From Promethearchaeia archaeon (GTDB lineage Archaea > Asgardarchaeota > Lokiarchaeia > Sigyniarchaeales > SOKP01), in NCBI GenBank assembly GCA_046483985.1, contig JAWOCD010000056.1, forward strand, positions 16,711 through 80,710: 64,000 nt of DNA, given 5' to 3'. A program made the position numbers and the translations under genes. Positions 28,044-37,124 of the stretch are shown here, in pieces. Below the pieces are notes generated by a model. It was given only the letters and a program-made list of their open reading frames with translations, was not told the DNA's origin and did no database searches. Numbering within the stretch: the first letter of the stretch is position 1; each line of letters opens with the position of its first letter.

Positions 28044-28202
28044 ATGAAAAAGAGAGAGAATAACTCAGAAAAGAATATTGATGATCTTTTAGACCAAACA
28101 TTCGAAAATCAAGCCGAGATTCATCATAAATGTAAGATAAGGGATGATCCAGCCAAAAAGCAGAAAAAGTGGGAAGAAAAATACGGTAAAAAAAAGGAAT
28201 AA
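28044..28202 (+). CDS. Possible small basic protein (52 aa)
   Basis: An ATG ORF, MKKRENNSEKNIDDLLDQTFENQAEIHHKCKIRDD..., below the track cutoff. No motif and no homology evidence. Confidence 0.2.
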   Translation: MKKRENNSEKNIDDLLDQTFENQAEIHHKCKIRDDPAKKQKKWEEKYGKKKE

Positions 28203-28206
28203 TACG

Positions 28207-31167
28207 TTATTTTAAAAAACCTGGTTTATAACCTTCAAATTTATCCTCTTCCGTATCGGGAGAGTAATTATCCCTCCATTTATTGAAAGTCTCAAGAAAT
28301 TCCTCCTTTTTCTCTGGTTTCAACGGCTCACGGATCATACGGAGTTTACTGATCCATTGGCGCATATCTTTCAAGGCCATGGAATAGCCTTCACTTTCTA
28401 AAATATCATCCATGATAAGTTGGAGTTTTTTACTTATCTCAAATCCCTTTAATTCATCCAATTCCGCAAGAATTTTGTCGAATTTATCCAATTTTTCTTT
28501 ATCCTCCTCTGAAACTTCCGAGGAGGGTTTTTTCGGCTTATTTTGACCCGGTTTCTGAACTTTCGATCTCACTTTTTTTTGTTGAGGCTCTGGTTGGGTT
28601 GAAGTTTTCTCCTCTTTTCCTTGAATCTTTTTTTTTTCTTTTTCTGACCCTTCTTCAGAATCCAGTTGAAAATCGTCATACCATTTCTGGAATTCTTCGA
28701 GAAAATCATCTTTTAAGGATTCTGGTAATCTTTTTCGATTCATCCGCAACTTTCCCTTCCAAAACTTGAGAACTTTCGGAACAGAAGCAAAACTTTGCTT
28801 CTCCATAATAATGTCCATTATATTTTGTAATTTTTTACTCACTTGTGCACCAGTGTAATTATTAACACCGGTTAAAAGGTCATTTGCAAGTGCATTCAAA
28901 TCAGTTTTATCTTCGGTTTCCCCGTTTGAAGGAGTTTCTGCAAGCTTTGGCGAACCATATTCCCCTACAGTTTGTTGGGTACTTGCCTCAGTACCAGAAG
29001 GGAGAATCTTTTTTTGGGGAGATGCTTTTCGAGATTTACGTTTTGAAGAGGAAGATATAATATCGTTTTTCCATTGCAGAAAATCTTTGATTAAAGCGTC
29101 TTTAAAGTCCTCATCTAACGGGGTTGATTTCTCCGATAATTTGCTTTTCCATTCAATTATTTCAGAAAATCCTTGAAATCTCAGAATTAGTTCAATAAAT
29201 TGAGATATTTGGTTACTGATCTGTTCTCCCGTTAATTTATCCATCTTATCAATAAAAAGATTAAACAATTCCTCAATTTTTTCTTTATTTATTTCGCGCT
29301 GTTTCTTTTGGAATATTTCGATTTGGGATTTCTTTCCCTTTTCCTTTTCTTCTTCAGAAGGAACTTGTTTAAGTTGTGGCGGCTCTGCCAACTCATAGTC
29401 TGAAATCTTTTTATTATATTCTTGAATTTTATTAATTACTTCTTTTTTATCCTCTTTACCCAAAGTTTCATGTATTTTTTTAAGTTTCTTTCCCAAAAGT
29501 TTTAATTCCAATACATTTAGAGAAACCCCTTCCTTTTGAAAAGTAAAATTAAGTGCATTTTCAAATAAATTGCCAATCTCATAGCCACTATACGTGTTAA
29601 TATTCTCTAAAACTTTATTGAATCTGGAGGTTATTTCTCGATTTTTTTCATACGTAGCTTCTTTCCATTTTTCTTCAAAAAGTTGTCGAAATTGGGTTAA
29701 ATAGTCTTTATTACTCGTAATAAACCCCAAAACCTCATTTGATTGTCTTTCTGCTTGTTTATTATAATTCCCAAAAAGGAGTAACGATTCCTCCTTTAAC
29801 AGTCCAATTAATTCATTATTTTCTAACCTTTTATATTCATATTTATCAAGTCCTTTCAATAATCTTATTAATCTGTCAGAATGAGGTTCTGAGGATATAA
29901 TCCTTATTTTTTGTTTTTGAGATGATATTGGTTTCACTTTTTTTTCCGTCTTGTTTTTTTTCTTTGGTTGGGAGTGCTCGGTTACTTCCATTTTTTTAAG
30001 TTTGCTTTTTAAGTCTTCCCTACTTTCAAGACCCAAAATCTCCAAGGGCATAAACTTTTCAATTTCTGGTATTAGAATAAGTGCATCGCTATGGGGATCC
30101 TTTAAAGATTCCAATAGTACATCTTTGAATTTCCGTATACTATTCATTGGAAGTAGGTCTTGTAAATTACCAATACGGGCGTCAGAGTATACTTTGATAA
30201 GATCTTTCAAAAGACCCACGGTTTCCTTAATCTTCTCATTCACATGAGAAAAGTTTTCATTTAAGATTTGAATCGTCTTGTCTTGCACAGAGTCTGCCAA
30301 TTGGTCAAGTCTTTTTTCAAGATTGTTTTTTTTCGAGAGGAGAAGCTTATGAAGTTTTTTCATTTCACCCGTAAAGATATTCATTATTCCCAGATAGACC
30401 GAATTTTGTTCAAATTTTTGTTCTAAACGAAAAGACAATTTAGAGTTCAGAGTTTCCCGGATACCCTCAAATTCACTTGAAATTATATCTTGAATTTCCT
30501 GTGCCTTTTTATGGGTTTCCAATGTCATTATATCCTTAATCCTACCCTTTATGCCATCCCATTGAGCATCACTGATGTTCAGTTTTTCAAGTTCGTCTGG
30601 AAATTTATTCTTCAATTTGATTATTTCAATCACTACACTCGCCATTTCTGAACTTACCGTCTCTTTTAGTGTCTCTTCATAATCGTTTAAAAAGGCAGTA
30701 ATTGATTCTTGATCTTCCAAGCTGCTTACCAGTTCCTTGGTTTCCTTTCTTATGGTTTCCGTGTCTTCATCAATATCGTCTTTTAGTTTCTTAAAGTCCT
30801 TATATAATGTATCTAATGATAATGTTTGGTTTTTTTCAAAAACGTTTTCCAATTTCTCTCCGATAGTTTGGTTTAAACTTTCCTTCTCAGTTAATAAGGC
30901 CTTAATCTCCAATAGATATTCATTAATGGGTCCAAACGGCGGTAATGCTTGATAATGAGTTGGTAAAGTGTGATTTTGGTAAGGGATCTTAATAAGCAGC
31001 TTTTTTTCGATTAATTCTTTGAGAATTTCTTTAATTTCTTCTTTTGTACACTCTCCATTTAGAATTTCCCTCAGTTCGCTTATAGTCCTTGGAGGTTTAC
31101 CCAAGATCGCAAAATAGATTTCATTTGCTAGTTTTGAGATCTGCGGTAATTTGAATAAACTCTTCAT
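28207..31167 (-). CDS. Large wHTH coiled-coil protein with four C-terminal ~65-aa repeats of an unrecognised domain
   Basis: 986 aa. The N-terminal winged-helix-like segment is LANEIYFAILGKPPRTISELREIL...LIEKKLLIKIP, followed by a long heptad-rich region. Four repeats (aa ~515-968, nt 28264-29625) share Y(S/T)G.(Q/E)(I/V)SKKLQ.IMD.I...(G/S)(F/Y)S......W..KLRM.R..L....K..FLE.F.KW. They are separated by K/E/S/P-rich linkers. Confidence 0.65.
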   Translation of the reverse strand: MKSLFKLPQISKLANEIYFAILGKPPRTISELREILNGECTKEEIKEILKELIEKKLLIKIPYQNHTLPTHYQALPPFGPINEYLLEIKALLTEKESLNQTIGEKLENVFEKNQTLSLDTLYKDFKKLKDDIDEDTETIRKETKELVSSLEDQESITAFLNDYEETLKETVSSEMASVVIEIIKLKNKFPDELEKLNISDAQWDGIKGRIKDIMTLETHKKAQEIQDIISSEFEGIRETLNSKLSFRLEQKFEQNSVYLGIMNIFTGEMKKLHKLLLSKKNNLEKRLDQLADSVQDKTIQILNENFSHVNEKIKETVGLLKDLIKVYSDARIGNLQDLLPMNSIRKFKDVLLESLKDPHSDALILIPEIEKFMPLEILGLESREDLKSKLKKMEVTEHSQPKKKNKTEKKVKPISSQKQKIRIISSEPHSDRLIRLLKGLDKYEYKRLENNELIGLLKEESLLLFGNYNKQAERQSNEVLGFITSNKDYLTQFRQLFEEKWKEATYEKNREITSRFNKVLENINTYSGYEIGNLFENALNFTFQKEGVSLNVLELKLLGKKLKKIHETLGKEDKKEVINKIQEYNKKISDYELAEPPQLKQVPSEEEKEKGKKSQIEIFQKKQREINKEKIEELFNLFIDKMDKLTGEQISNQISQFIELILRFQGFSEIIEWKSKLSEKSTPLDEDFKDALIKDFLQWKNDIISSSSKRKSRKASPQKKILPSGTEASTQQTVGEYGSPKLAETPSNGETEDKTDLNALANDLLTGVNNYTGAQVSKKLQNIMDIIMEKQSFASVPKVLKFWKGKLRMNRKRLPESLKDDFLEEFQKWYDDFQLDSEEGSEKEKKKIQGKEEKTSTQPEPQQKKVRSKVQKPGQNKPKKPSSEVSEEDKEKLDKFDKILAELDELKGFEISKKLQLIMDDILESEGYSMALKDMRQWISKLRMIREPLKPEKKEEFLETFNKWRDNYSPDTEEDKFEGYKPGFLK

Positions 31168-31466
31168 AATAATATCAACTAAAGTTAGGATTAGTTTTGA
31201 ATAAATACGTAAATACCTACATAAAATTATATTCCTTTTGCGGTTATCACTAAATATATCTATTATTCTCTTTTAAATTATCTTTTTTCAAAAAATTAAA
31301 ATAGAAAGTTTCAAAGTTTCAAAATTATTGAAGGTTGAAACTAAAAGGAGAAGAATAATCTGATATGAATTTTGTGACTTTGTATCATATTCAAGAGGGA
31401 AAAATGATCATTTCCAGAAAAGGATCTAAAAATATAGAATTCTAAACATGATTTATTCGTCTATTT

Positions 31467-32084
31467 TTAAGCTGGAAGCATATGCAACCAATAAAGTATG
31501 AGAAAATCATTAAACAGATTAACTATGGAATGTAAAATCATTCCATACCAGATAAAGTCTAATTTTAAGGCGGCATAGCCAAGTAAAGGTCCCATCACAA
31601 GGGAAAGAGTAATTTCTGAAATAGCCTTCCCGATATGATATAAAGTTGTAATCACAGTTTGAATAACCAATATTATAATTATCCCCTTAATTGTGGTTTT
31701 CTTCCGTCTAAGCCCAAACTGCAAGTAGCCTCGCATCGTCACTTCATAGGCGTAAAAATAGAAAAAGTACAATGCCTCATAATAGATAAAAATAAGCCAA
31801 TTTGTTCCTATCAGTTTAGTTAACGGATATTCGGCTTGCATGACAGGATCCTGTGAAGCAAAAATTGCCACTATAAGAAGGATAGGAATTATTATGATAG
31901 TGAGTGATAAACCTAACTTTTTATTACCCCATCGTAGTCCATAATCACGAAAATCGCCCTTAAAATAATATTTTACGATAAGATACGGCACTAAAAAGAA
32001 TAAAAACATAGTGCAAACGAATTGGTATATATATTGCCAGAAATCCAACCATAGGTTATCTCCAAGGATTGGCTTAAAATACAA
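31467..32084 (-). CDS. CPBP-family intramembrane glutamic endopeptidase (CAAX protease-like)
   Basis: 205 aa, polytopic. Has CPBP motifs YEVTMRG (E-x3-R), TLYHI (F/YxxxH-like) and ILHSIVNLFND (HxxxN). The TTG start overlaps the upstream small ORF by 11 nt. Confidence 0.6.
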   Translation of the reverse strand: MYFKPILGDNLWLDFWQYIYQFVCTMFLFFLVPYLIVKYYFKGDFRDYGLRWGNKKLGLSLTIIIIPILLIVAIFASQDPVMQAEYPLTKLIGTNWLIFIYYEALYFFYFYAYEVTMRGYLQFGLRRKKTTIKGIIIILVIQTVITTLYHIGKAISEITLSLVMGPLLGYAALKLDFIWYGMILHSIVNLFNDFLILYWLHMLPA

Positions 32085-32262
32085 CCAAATCCTTTGAATA
32101 GCCAGATTTATTTATAGACCATTTTGCAACCACCCAATATATGATAGTAACGGTAATAACTGAAAGCACGACCATCTTTCCCTTGTTATTGAATATTTTC
32201 TTAATCTCTTCTGAACACCTGGGAGCGATATCGGTTTCAGAGTTCATTTTATTTAAAATCAA
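32074..32262 (-). CDS. Small single-TM protein (62 aa), possibly co-translated with the CPBP gene
   Basis: Has the hydrophobic helix MVVLSVITVTIIYWVVAKW and overlaps the downstream gene. Confidence 0.3.
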   Translation of the reverse strand: MILNKMNSETDIAPRCSEEIKKIFNNKGKMVVLSVITVTIIYWVVAKWSINKSGYSKDLVVF

Positions 32263-32298
32263 TCTCGAATAATTTAAAAAGTTATTTTCAAATAATCT

Positions 32299-33528
32299 TC
32301 ACTTAACATTTTTGATTAATGTCGCCATCCCCGTCCCTCCCCCAGCACATTGACTACACACAGCATAATTCCCCTTCCTCCTCTTTAATTCATATAAAGC
32401 AGTCAGAATCAATCGAGCTCCCGTCATTCCCGGCGGGTGTCCTATCGCGATTGCCCCGCCATTTACATTCACCTTTTCTTGGGAAATACCGAGTGCTTTA
32501 ATACAGAAAAGCACTTGTTGAGCTTGCGCTTCATTAATTTCAAAGATGTCAATATCCTCTGGAGATAGGTTATTTTTCTCTAACAATTTCCGAATAGCTG
32601 GAATTGGGCCTAATCCCATATATTGAGGTTCTACATTACCTGCGGTGGAATCAAGCCATAAACCTTGAGGAGTAATCGCTCCTTCTTTCGCGTTCTCCAG
32701 GGATGATAGCAGCAAAGCCGCTGCGCCATCATTGAGGTCCGGAGTGTTGCCAGGAGTTACAAAGCCGTTTTCGCGAAATATTGGTTTTAACTTGTTCAAC
32801 ATCTCAAGGGTTACATCTGGACGTGGAGATTCATCTTTAGTCATCAATTGTTCCTTTCCTTTTTTAGTGATTTTTACTGGAGTGATTTCATCAAAGAATC
32901 CACGTTTTTGCGCTTTTAAATACTTTTTTTGGCTTTTTAAGGCAAAACGGTTTATTTCTTCAAAACTCAGATGAATTTCCGGTAAATTGTATTTTTTGCA
33001 TATTTTCGGGGCATCTTTTAAGATGTTCTCGGCGGTTTCTCCTACATGGTCATACCCTCCATAAACATCATAAGTGTCCGTGAATCCATCATAAAATAAC
33101 GCATCTACCAGCTCATCATTTCTCAGTCGATTCCCCCACCGTGCATTCATTAGCATATAGGGTGTTTGGCTATTACTTTCCATGCCTCCGGCAATAACTA
33201 AATTATTTTTATTTAGCAAGATTTGATGGGCGGCAATTTCAACAGATTTCATTCCCGATGAACAAACATTATTCACGGTCAAAGCACCAACAGTATGGGG
33301 GAGATCGGCCTTAAGTGCGGCAATACGCGCTGGGTTATTGCCCATTCCCTCTTGATGAATTGCCCCCATTATCACATCTTCGATTTTTCGATTCTGAATG
33401 CCAGAGCGTTTTAGCACTGCATTTATTGCAATTGCCCCGAGGTCAACTGCGGGAATATCCTTTAATTTTCCGCCGAATTTTCCTATGGGGGTGCGAGCAC
33501 CGTTGATTATTGCAACTTTTTGATTCAT
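32299..33528 (-). CDS. Acetyl-CoA acetyltransferase (thiolase II)
   Basis: 409 aa. Has the active-site Cys block VNNVCSSGMKS, NVNGGAIAIGHP, and a C-terminal CAGGGTGMA. Confidence 0.9.
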   Translation of the reverse strand: MNQKVAIINGARTPIGKFGGKLKDIPAVDLGAIAINAVLKRSGIQNRKIEDVIMGAIHQEGMGNNPARIAALKADLPHTVGALTVNNVCSSGMKSVEIAAHQILLNKNNLVIAGGMESNSQTPYMLMNARWGNRLRNDELVDALFYDGFTDTYDVYGGYDHVGETAENILKDAPKICKKYNLPEIHLSFEEINRFALKSQKKYLKAQKRGFFDEITPVKITKKGKEQLMTKDESPRPDVTLEMLNKLKPIFRENGFVTPGNTPDLNDGAAALLLSSLENAKEGAITPQGLWLDSTAGNVEPQYMGLGPIPAIRKLLEKNNLSPEDIDIFEINEAQAQQVLFCIKALGISQEKVNVNGGAIAIGHPPGMTGARLILTALYELKRRKGNYAVCSQCAGGGTGMATLIKNVK

Positions 33529-33597
33529 TTTTCACTTTGAAACTTTAAGCTTGACTATTTTATTATTATAAATTTAGTCTACTAAAAATCTTTTTAC

Positions 33598-33690
33598 TCT
33601 TTCGCTATAAATTGAAGTTAAATTAAGGCAAAATTTATCACCGCCCTAAAAGTCGGTGTTTTCTTTTGCCGTCTATGATAAAATCAAGAT
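33598..33690. repeat. Conserved non-coding hairpin element, type C copy 2
   Basis: aaggcaaaatttatCACCGccctaaaagtCGGTGttttcttttgccgtctatgataaaatc aligns with 12405-12474. It has a perfect inner stem caccg/cggtg (33639-33658) and an outer stem ggcaaaa/ttttgcc. Confidence 0.6.
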
Positions 33691-33835
33691 TTAGGTATAC
33701 CTAAGAGGAGAGATTCAAAAGATACAAGATGTGAAAAGAAAAACACAATTTTTTAAAGGAAATCATCATCATTTTCTTCAATCATGATTTATTTTTAAAA
33801 AGGGATTTCAAAGATTAGACACATTTAAATATAGA

Positions 33836-33873
33836 GAATAATTATTCAAATCAAGATAAATAATTATTCAAAT
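33836..33873. promoter_or_regulatory. Two tandem GAATAATTATTC-type palindromic boxes upstream of the OsmC gene
   Basis: The perfect 12-bp palindrome gaataattattc lies at 33836-33847. A 15-bp direct repeat aataattattcaaat lies at 33837-33851 and 33859-33873, with 22-bp spacing. The boxes are 55-90 bp upstream of the start at 33925. Confidence 0.4.
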
Positions 33874-33924
33874 AAATAAACAAAAATAAATGAATTATAG
33901 AAATTAAAGAACTGACAATTAGAG

Positions 33925-34428
33925 TTGATTAAATTGGGTTTTAAAGAAACTTACGAGAAAGTAAAGGAAGATATTTCTGCAGGCGAGAAGAACTTCAATG
34001 TGAAATGTGAAATGATTGACGAGGGGCTTCAATGTAAAGCAATAATGGGAGGGAAACCTCATGAATTTATTATTGATGCTCCTGCTGGGTTAGATGGAAC
34101 GGATGAAGGTCCTAGCCCACTTTTAGCCATTTTAGCATCGATTGGAGCATGTATTATTGCCGTCACCCGATTCTGGGCCAAAATTATGGACATCGAGATT
34201 AAGGACATGAAAGTCTTTTCGAGAGGTCACATAAATCTTGGAGCAATCTTCGGTATTGATGAGGATATGTTACCCGGGTACGATAAACTCGAACCCGTGG
34301 TTCAAATCGAAGCCGATGCTCCCGAAGAAAAAGTGGAAGAGATGATGGATAAAGTTTTTAACCATTGTCCCGTCATTACCAACTTTGGCGGCGCAAGCCC
34401 TATTAAGCCAAAATTAAGAATTAGATAA
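33925..34428 (+). CDS. OsmC/Ohr-family peroxiredoxin-like protein
   Basis: 167 aa. Has GPSPLLAILASIGACIIAV (first conserved Cys region) and FNHCPV (second Cys), which is typical of OsmC. TTG start. Confidence 0.75.
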   Translation: MIKLGFKETYEKVKEDISAGEKNFNVKCEMIDEGLQCKAIMGGKPHEFIIDAPAGLDGTDEGPSPLLAILASIGACIIAVTRFWAKIMDIEIKDMKVFSRGHINLGAIFGIDEDMLPGYDKLEPVVQIEADAPEEKVEEMMDKVFNHCPVITNFGGASPIKPKLRIR

Positions 34429-34647
34429 TCTCTAAAAATTTAATTCATACATATTTACTTTTTTTTCTTTTCTTTCATCTTTTTAGATTTTGATTAGTTG
34501 ATAATCACGAACTTATTATTTAAGTGATACTATTACGGTATTTGTAACCTATATATATGTAGGTTGATTACTTTTATAATAGTTGATCCAAGTGTATTTT
34601 TATTTGAATATGCATTTAAGCAAAAAATAAAAGATTAGTAAATCCAC

Positions 34648-36072
34648 ATGTTGAAAGATATTTATAAACGAAAGCAAAATCGGATTCAGACCTATAAGGT
34701 TAATGAATTTCTTACCTTGAAGTTAATTAATAAACGCACATATATCTATGTGGATGATCGACTCTTTTTACAATGTAAATATTTATTACTCAATATACCG
34801 TTAAATAAAAATAAATCTCGCGCGATAGATTCCATAGACGAGGCAGCCGAGCGCTTAGATAATACGTTAGAAAAGCCATTCCTTTTTAAGAACGAGCCCA
34901 TAACCCCCGAAATGGAGTTTTGGGGTCATTGTTCTAATTTAGACGCATGGGCAAAGTATGATTATGACACCAGAATATTACATAGAAATCTGGCATTCCC
35001 ATTACTTCGGAAATTGACGGAAGCTGGTGATCCAAAAGCAAGAAAAATCTTCAAAGAAGAAGTAGCAAAACGACTGTTAAGTGAACAACTCTCTGTTATT
35101 ACCTATTTGATCAATGAAGGATATTTAGAATATTTCAATAAAGAAGAATTAGAAACCATCTTAGAGACCAATTCAAAAGAAAATGTATGGACTCTTTTAG
35201 GTATTGCTTATACACGGGAAAGAAAATTTCAAGGGGCTGAACATGCCTTCCAACTGGTCTTAAAAAAGAATCCAGATTATAAAAACGCTTACAGGGGTCT
35301 GGGTAAATTATATGTCAAAATGAAAGAGTATGCGAAAGCTAGCAATGCTTTCAAGAAATATCTAGAACTAGAACCAGATTCCAAATCTATATGGTTCCAA
35401 CTTGGTGAAATCTATAAAAAACAAGAACAATATGAAAATGCTATCGATGCTTTTAAACAGTCTCTTGAAATTGACCCTAGATTTGAAGCGGGTCTCTGTG
35501 AACTGGCTTTCACCTTACGACTCAATAAGCAATTTGAAAAAGCCATCAAAAAAAACCTCAAGGCATTAGACATTTATCCCAAAGATAAAGTAGCATGGAA
35601 TAACCTCAGTTGGGCATATAATGGAAATAAGCAATATGAAAAGGCTTTTCAATCTGCTCGAAAAGCCCTCGAACTCGATCCCCATTTTGCCAATCCGTAT
35701 AATCATATCGGATTTGCCCATTTTAGACTTAAAAACTATAAAAAAGCATTACGAAACGTAAAAAAGGCGATTGCAATAGACGAGAATTATGGTCGCGCGT
35801 GGAAATATTTGGGTCTAATTTATGAGAAGAAACAATCCAGAATTCATTGCATTAGCGCTTTTGAGCGATACTTAGAACTAAATCCAAATGATGTAAAATT
35901 TCAATTCAAATTAGGGAAATGGTACTATAAATTAAACCTTTTAGAAGAAGCAGAAAAGAGATGTAGGATTTGCTTAAAGTTAGATCCTAAATTCTCAGAG
36001 GCACAAGGCTTATTAACAAAGATTAAGAACACCTCACAACAAGGAAAGTTAAAGGAAAGAAATCAAGCTTAA
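34648..36072 (+). CDS. TPR-repeat protein with unrecognised ~170-aa N-terminal domain
   Basis: 474 aa. From residue ~180 there are at least eight 34-aa TPR-like units (W..LG.AY....ky..A...f.kaLe..P). I do not recognise the N-terminal domain (TLKLINKRTYIYVDDRLFLQCKYLLLNIP...). Confidence 0.8.
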   Translation: MLKDIYKRKQNRIQTYKVNEFLTLKLINKRTYIYVDDRLFLQCKYLLLNIPLNKNKSRAIDSIDEAAERLDNTLEKPFLFKNEPITPEMEFWGHCSNLDAWAKYDYDTRILHRNLAFPLLRKLTEAGDPKARKIFKEEVAKRLLSEQLSVITYLINEGYLEYFNKEELETILETNSKENVWTLLGIAYTRERKFQGAEHAFQLVLKKNPDYKNAYRGLGKLYVKMKEYAKASNAFKKYLELEPDSKSIWFQLGEIYKKQEQYENAIDAFKQSLEIDPRFEAGLCELAFTLRLNKQFEKAIKKNLKALDIYPKDKVAWNNLSWAYNGNKQYEKAFQSARKALELDPHFANPYNHIGFAHFRLKNYKKALRNVKKAIAIDENYGRAWKYLGLIYEKKQSRIHCISAFERYLELNPNDVKFQFKLGKWYYKLNLLEEAEKRCRICLKLDPKFSEAQGLLTKIKNTSQQGKLKERNQA

Positions 36073-36152
36073 CCTAAGAAATAAGTTGTGCAATTTGGTT
36101 TTGAATATATATTCATTAAATTTAAAAAGGAAAAGTGATATATATTAATTAA

Positions 36153-36164
36153 GAATAAATATTC
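36153..36164. promoter_or_regulatory. GAATA-N2-TATTC inverted repeat upstream of the DUF5320 gene
   Basis: gaataaatattc lies 45-56 bp upstream of the ATG at 36209. It has the same half-sites as the boxes at 33836, 45537 and 49975. Confidence 0.3.
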
Positions 36165-36208
36165 ATAAATAAAAAAATTAATCATAAAAATGGAGTTGAA
36201 AAAGTTAA

Positions 36209-36598
36209 ATGCCAGGTGGAGATGGAACTGGTCCTAATGGGTATGGTCCAATGACGGGGCGAGGTCTAGGATACTGCGCCGGATATAGCACACCCGGTTA
36301 TACCAAGGGTGGAGGATTAGGATTAGGTCGTGGATTTCGAGGAGGAAGAGGACGTGGATTCGGGAGAGGAATTGGTCGGGGTCGCGGACGAAGGTTCGTG
36401 GGTCCCGTTACAAGACCCGTTTACGCTAACCCCGTCCAATCAGCTCCGGTAGGAACAGCTCAACCAGCAACCCCGGAAGCAGAGCTTAACATGCTAAAAC
36501 AAGAAAAGAACTACCTCGAAACCGAATTGGACAATATTAGAAATGCCCTTCAGGACATTACCAAAAGAATAAACGAATTAGAAACAGAGAGTGAATAA
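36209..36598 (+). CDS. DUF5320-family protein (Gly/Arg-rich N-terminal half, C-terminal coiled coil)
   Basis: 129 aa. Starts MPGGDGTGPNGYGPMTGRGLGYCAGY, the family-typical opening as I remember it. This is followed by an RGG-like tract GRGFRGGRGRGFGRGIGRGRGRR, then LKQEKNYLETELDNIRNALQDI. Confidence 0.7.
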   Translation: MPGGDGTGPNGYGPMTGRGLGYCAGYSTPGYTKGGGLGLGRGFRGGRGRGFGRGIGRGRGRRFVGPVTRPVYANPVQSAPVGTAQPATPEAELNMLKQEKNYLETELDNIRNALQDITKRINELETESE

Positions 36599-36602
36599 TC
36601 AA

Positions 36603-36617
36603 TTTTTTTTTTTTTTT
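36603..36617 (+). terminator. T15 oligo-T tract (archaeal-type terminator/attenuator) between the DUF5320 and DtxR-like genes
   Basis: An uninterrupted run of 15 T beginning 5 nt after the stop at 36598. Confidence 0.5.
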
Positions 36618-36659
36618 ATTTATATGTTCTTTGAGAGTAAACTCAGAGGTTTTTAATAG

Positions 36660-37052
36660 ATGGAATCAAACGATATTCATGAAAGTTACGAAGATTATCT
36701 AAAAGCGATTTATTTAATTTCAAAAAATAATCGTGGGGGATGGGTTTCAAATTCAGAAATCGCTCAATACTTAGATGTAAAGCCATCCTCAGTATCAAGT
36801 ATGCTTCATAAGCTAAAAGATAACGGGTTAATTTTTTGGAAGCCCCGTAAATCTCTGCGTTTAACTAAAAAGGGGAAAAAGATTGCGAAAAATATGATGA
36901 AAAAGTATAATCTCCTAAAAGAATTCTTTTTTAATATTTTAGAGATAAAGGATAAGGCGTTAATTAAGGATTTAAGCTGTCGGATTGAACATCATCTTAC
37001 CCCAGAGGTATCTGAAGCCCTTCAAAATTTGAGTCCTAAAGTGTCTCCATAA
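36660..37052 (+). CDS. DtxR/MntR-family metal-dependent transcriptional regulator (short form)
   Basis: 130 aa. ESYEDYLKAIYLIS...SNSEIAQYLDVKPSSVSSMLHKLKDNGLI...LTKKGKKIA matches the DtxR N-terminal HTH plus the start of the dimerisation/metal-binding domain. Confidence 0.8.
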   Translation: MESNDIHESYEDYLKAIYLISKNNRGGWVSNSEIAQYLDVKPSSVSSMLHKLKDNGLIFWKPRKSLRLTKKGKKIAKNMMKKYNLLKEFFFNILEIKDKALIKDLSCRIEHHLTPEVSEALQNLSPKVSP

Positions 37053-37124
37053 CTTACTTCTTAGTATAGATCTTTCTCGCATTCTTATGGTAAACTTTTA
37101 AAATTAGGATAAATGATTTAAATT

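Noticed and set aside
32060-32110. Frameshifted single CPBP gene spanning ORFs 32074-32262 and 31467-32084
   Set aside because: The 205-aa ORF already contains a complete CPBP core with its own N-terminal TM helices. The junction has no homopolymer or slippery sequence. I treat them as two overlapping genes, with low certainty.
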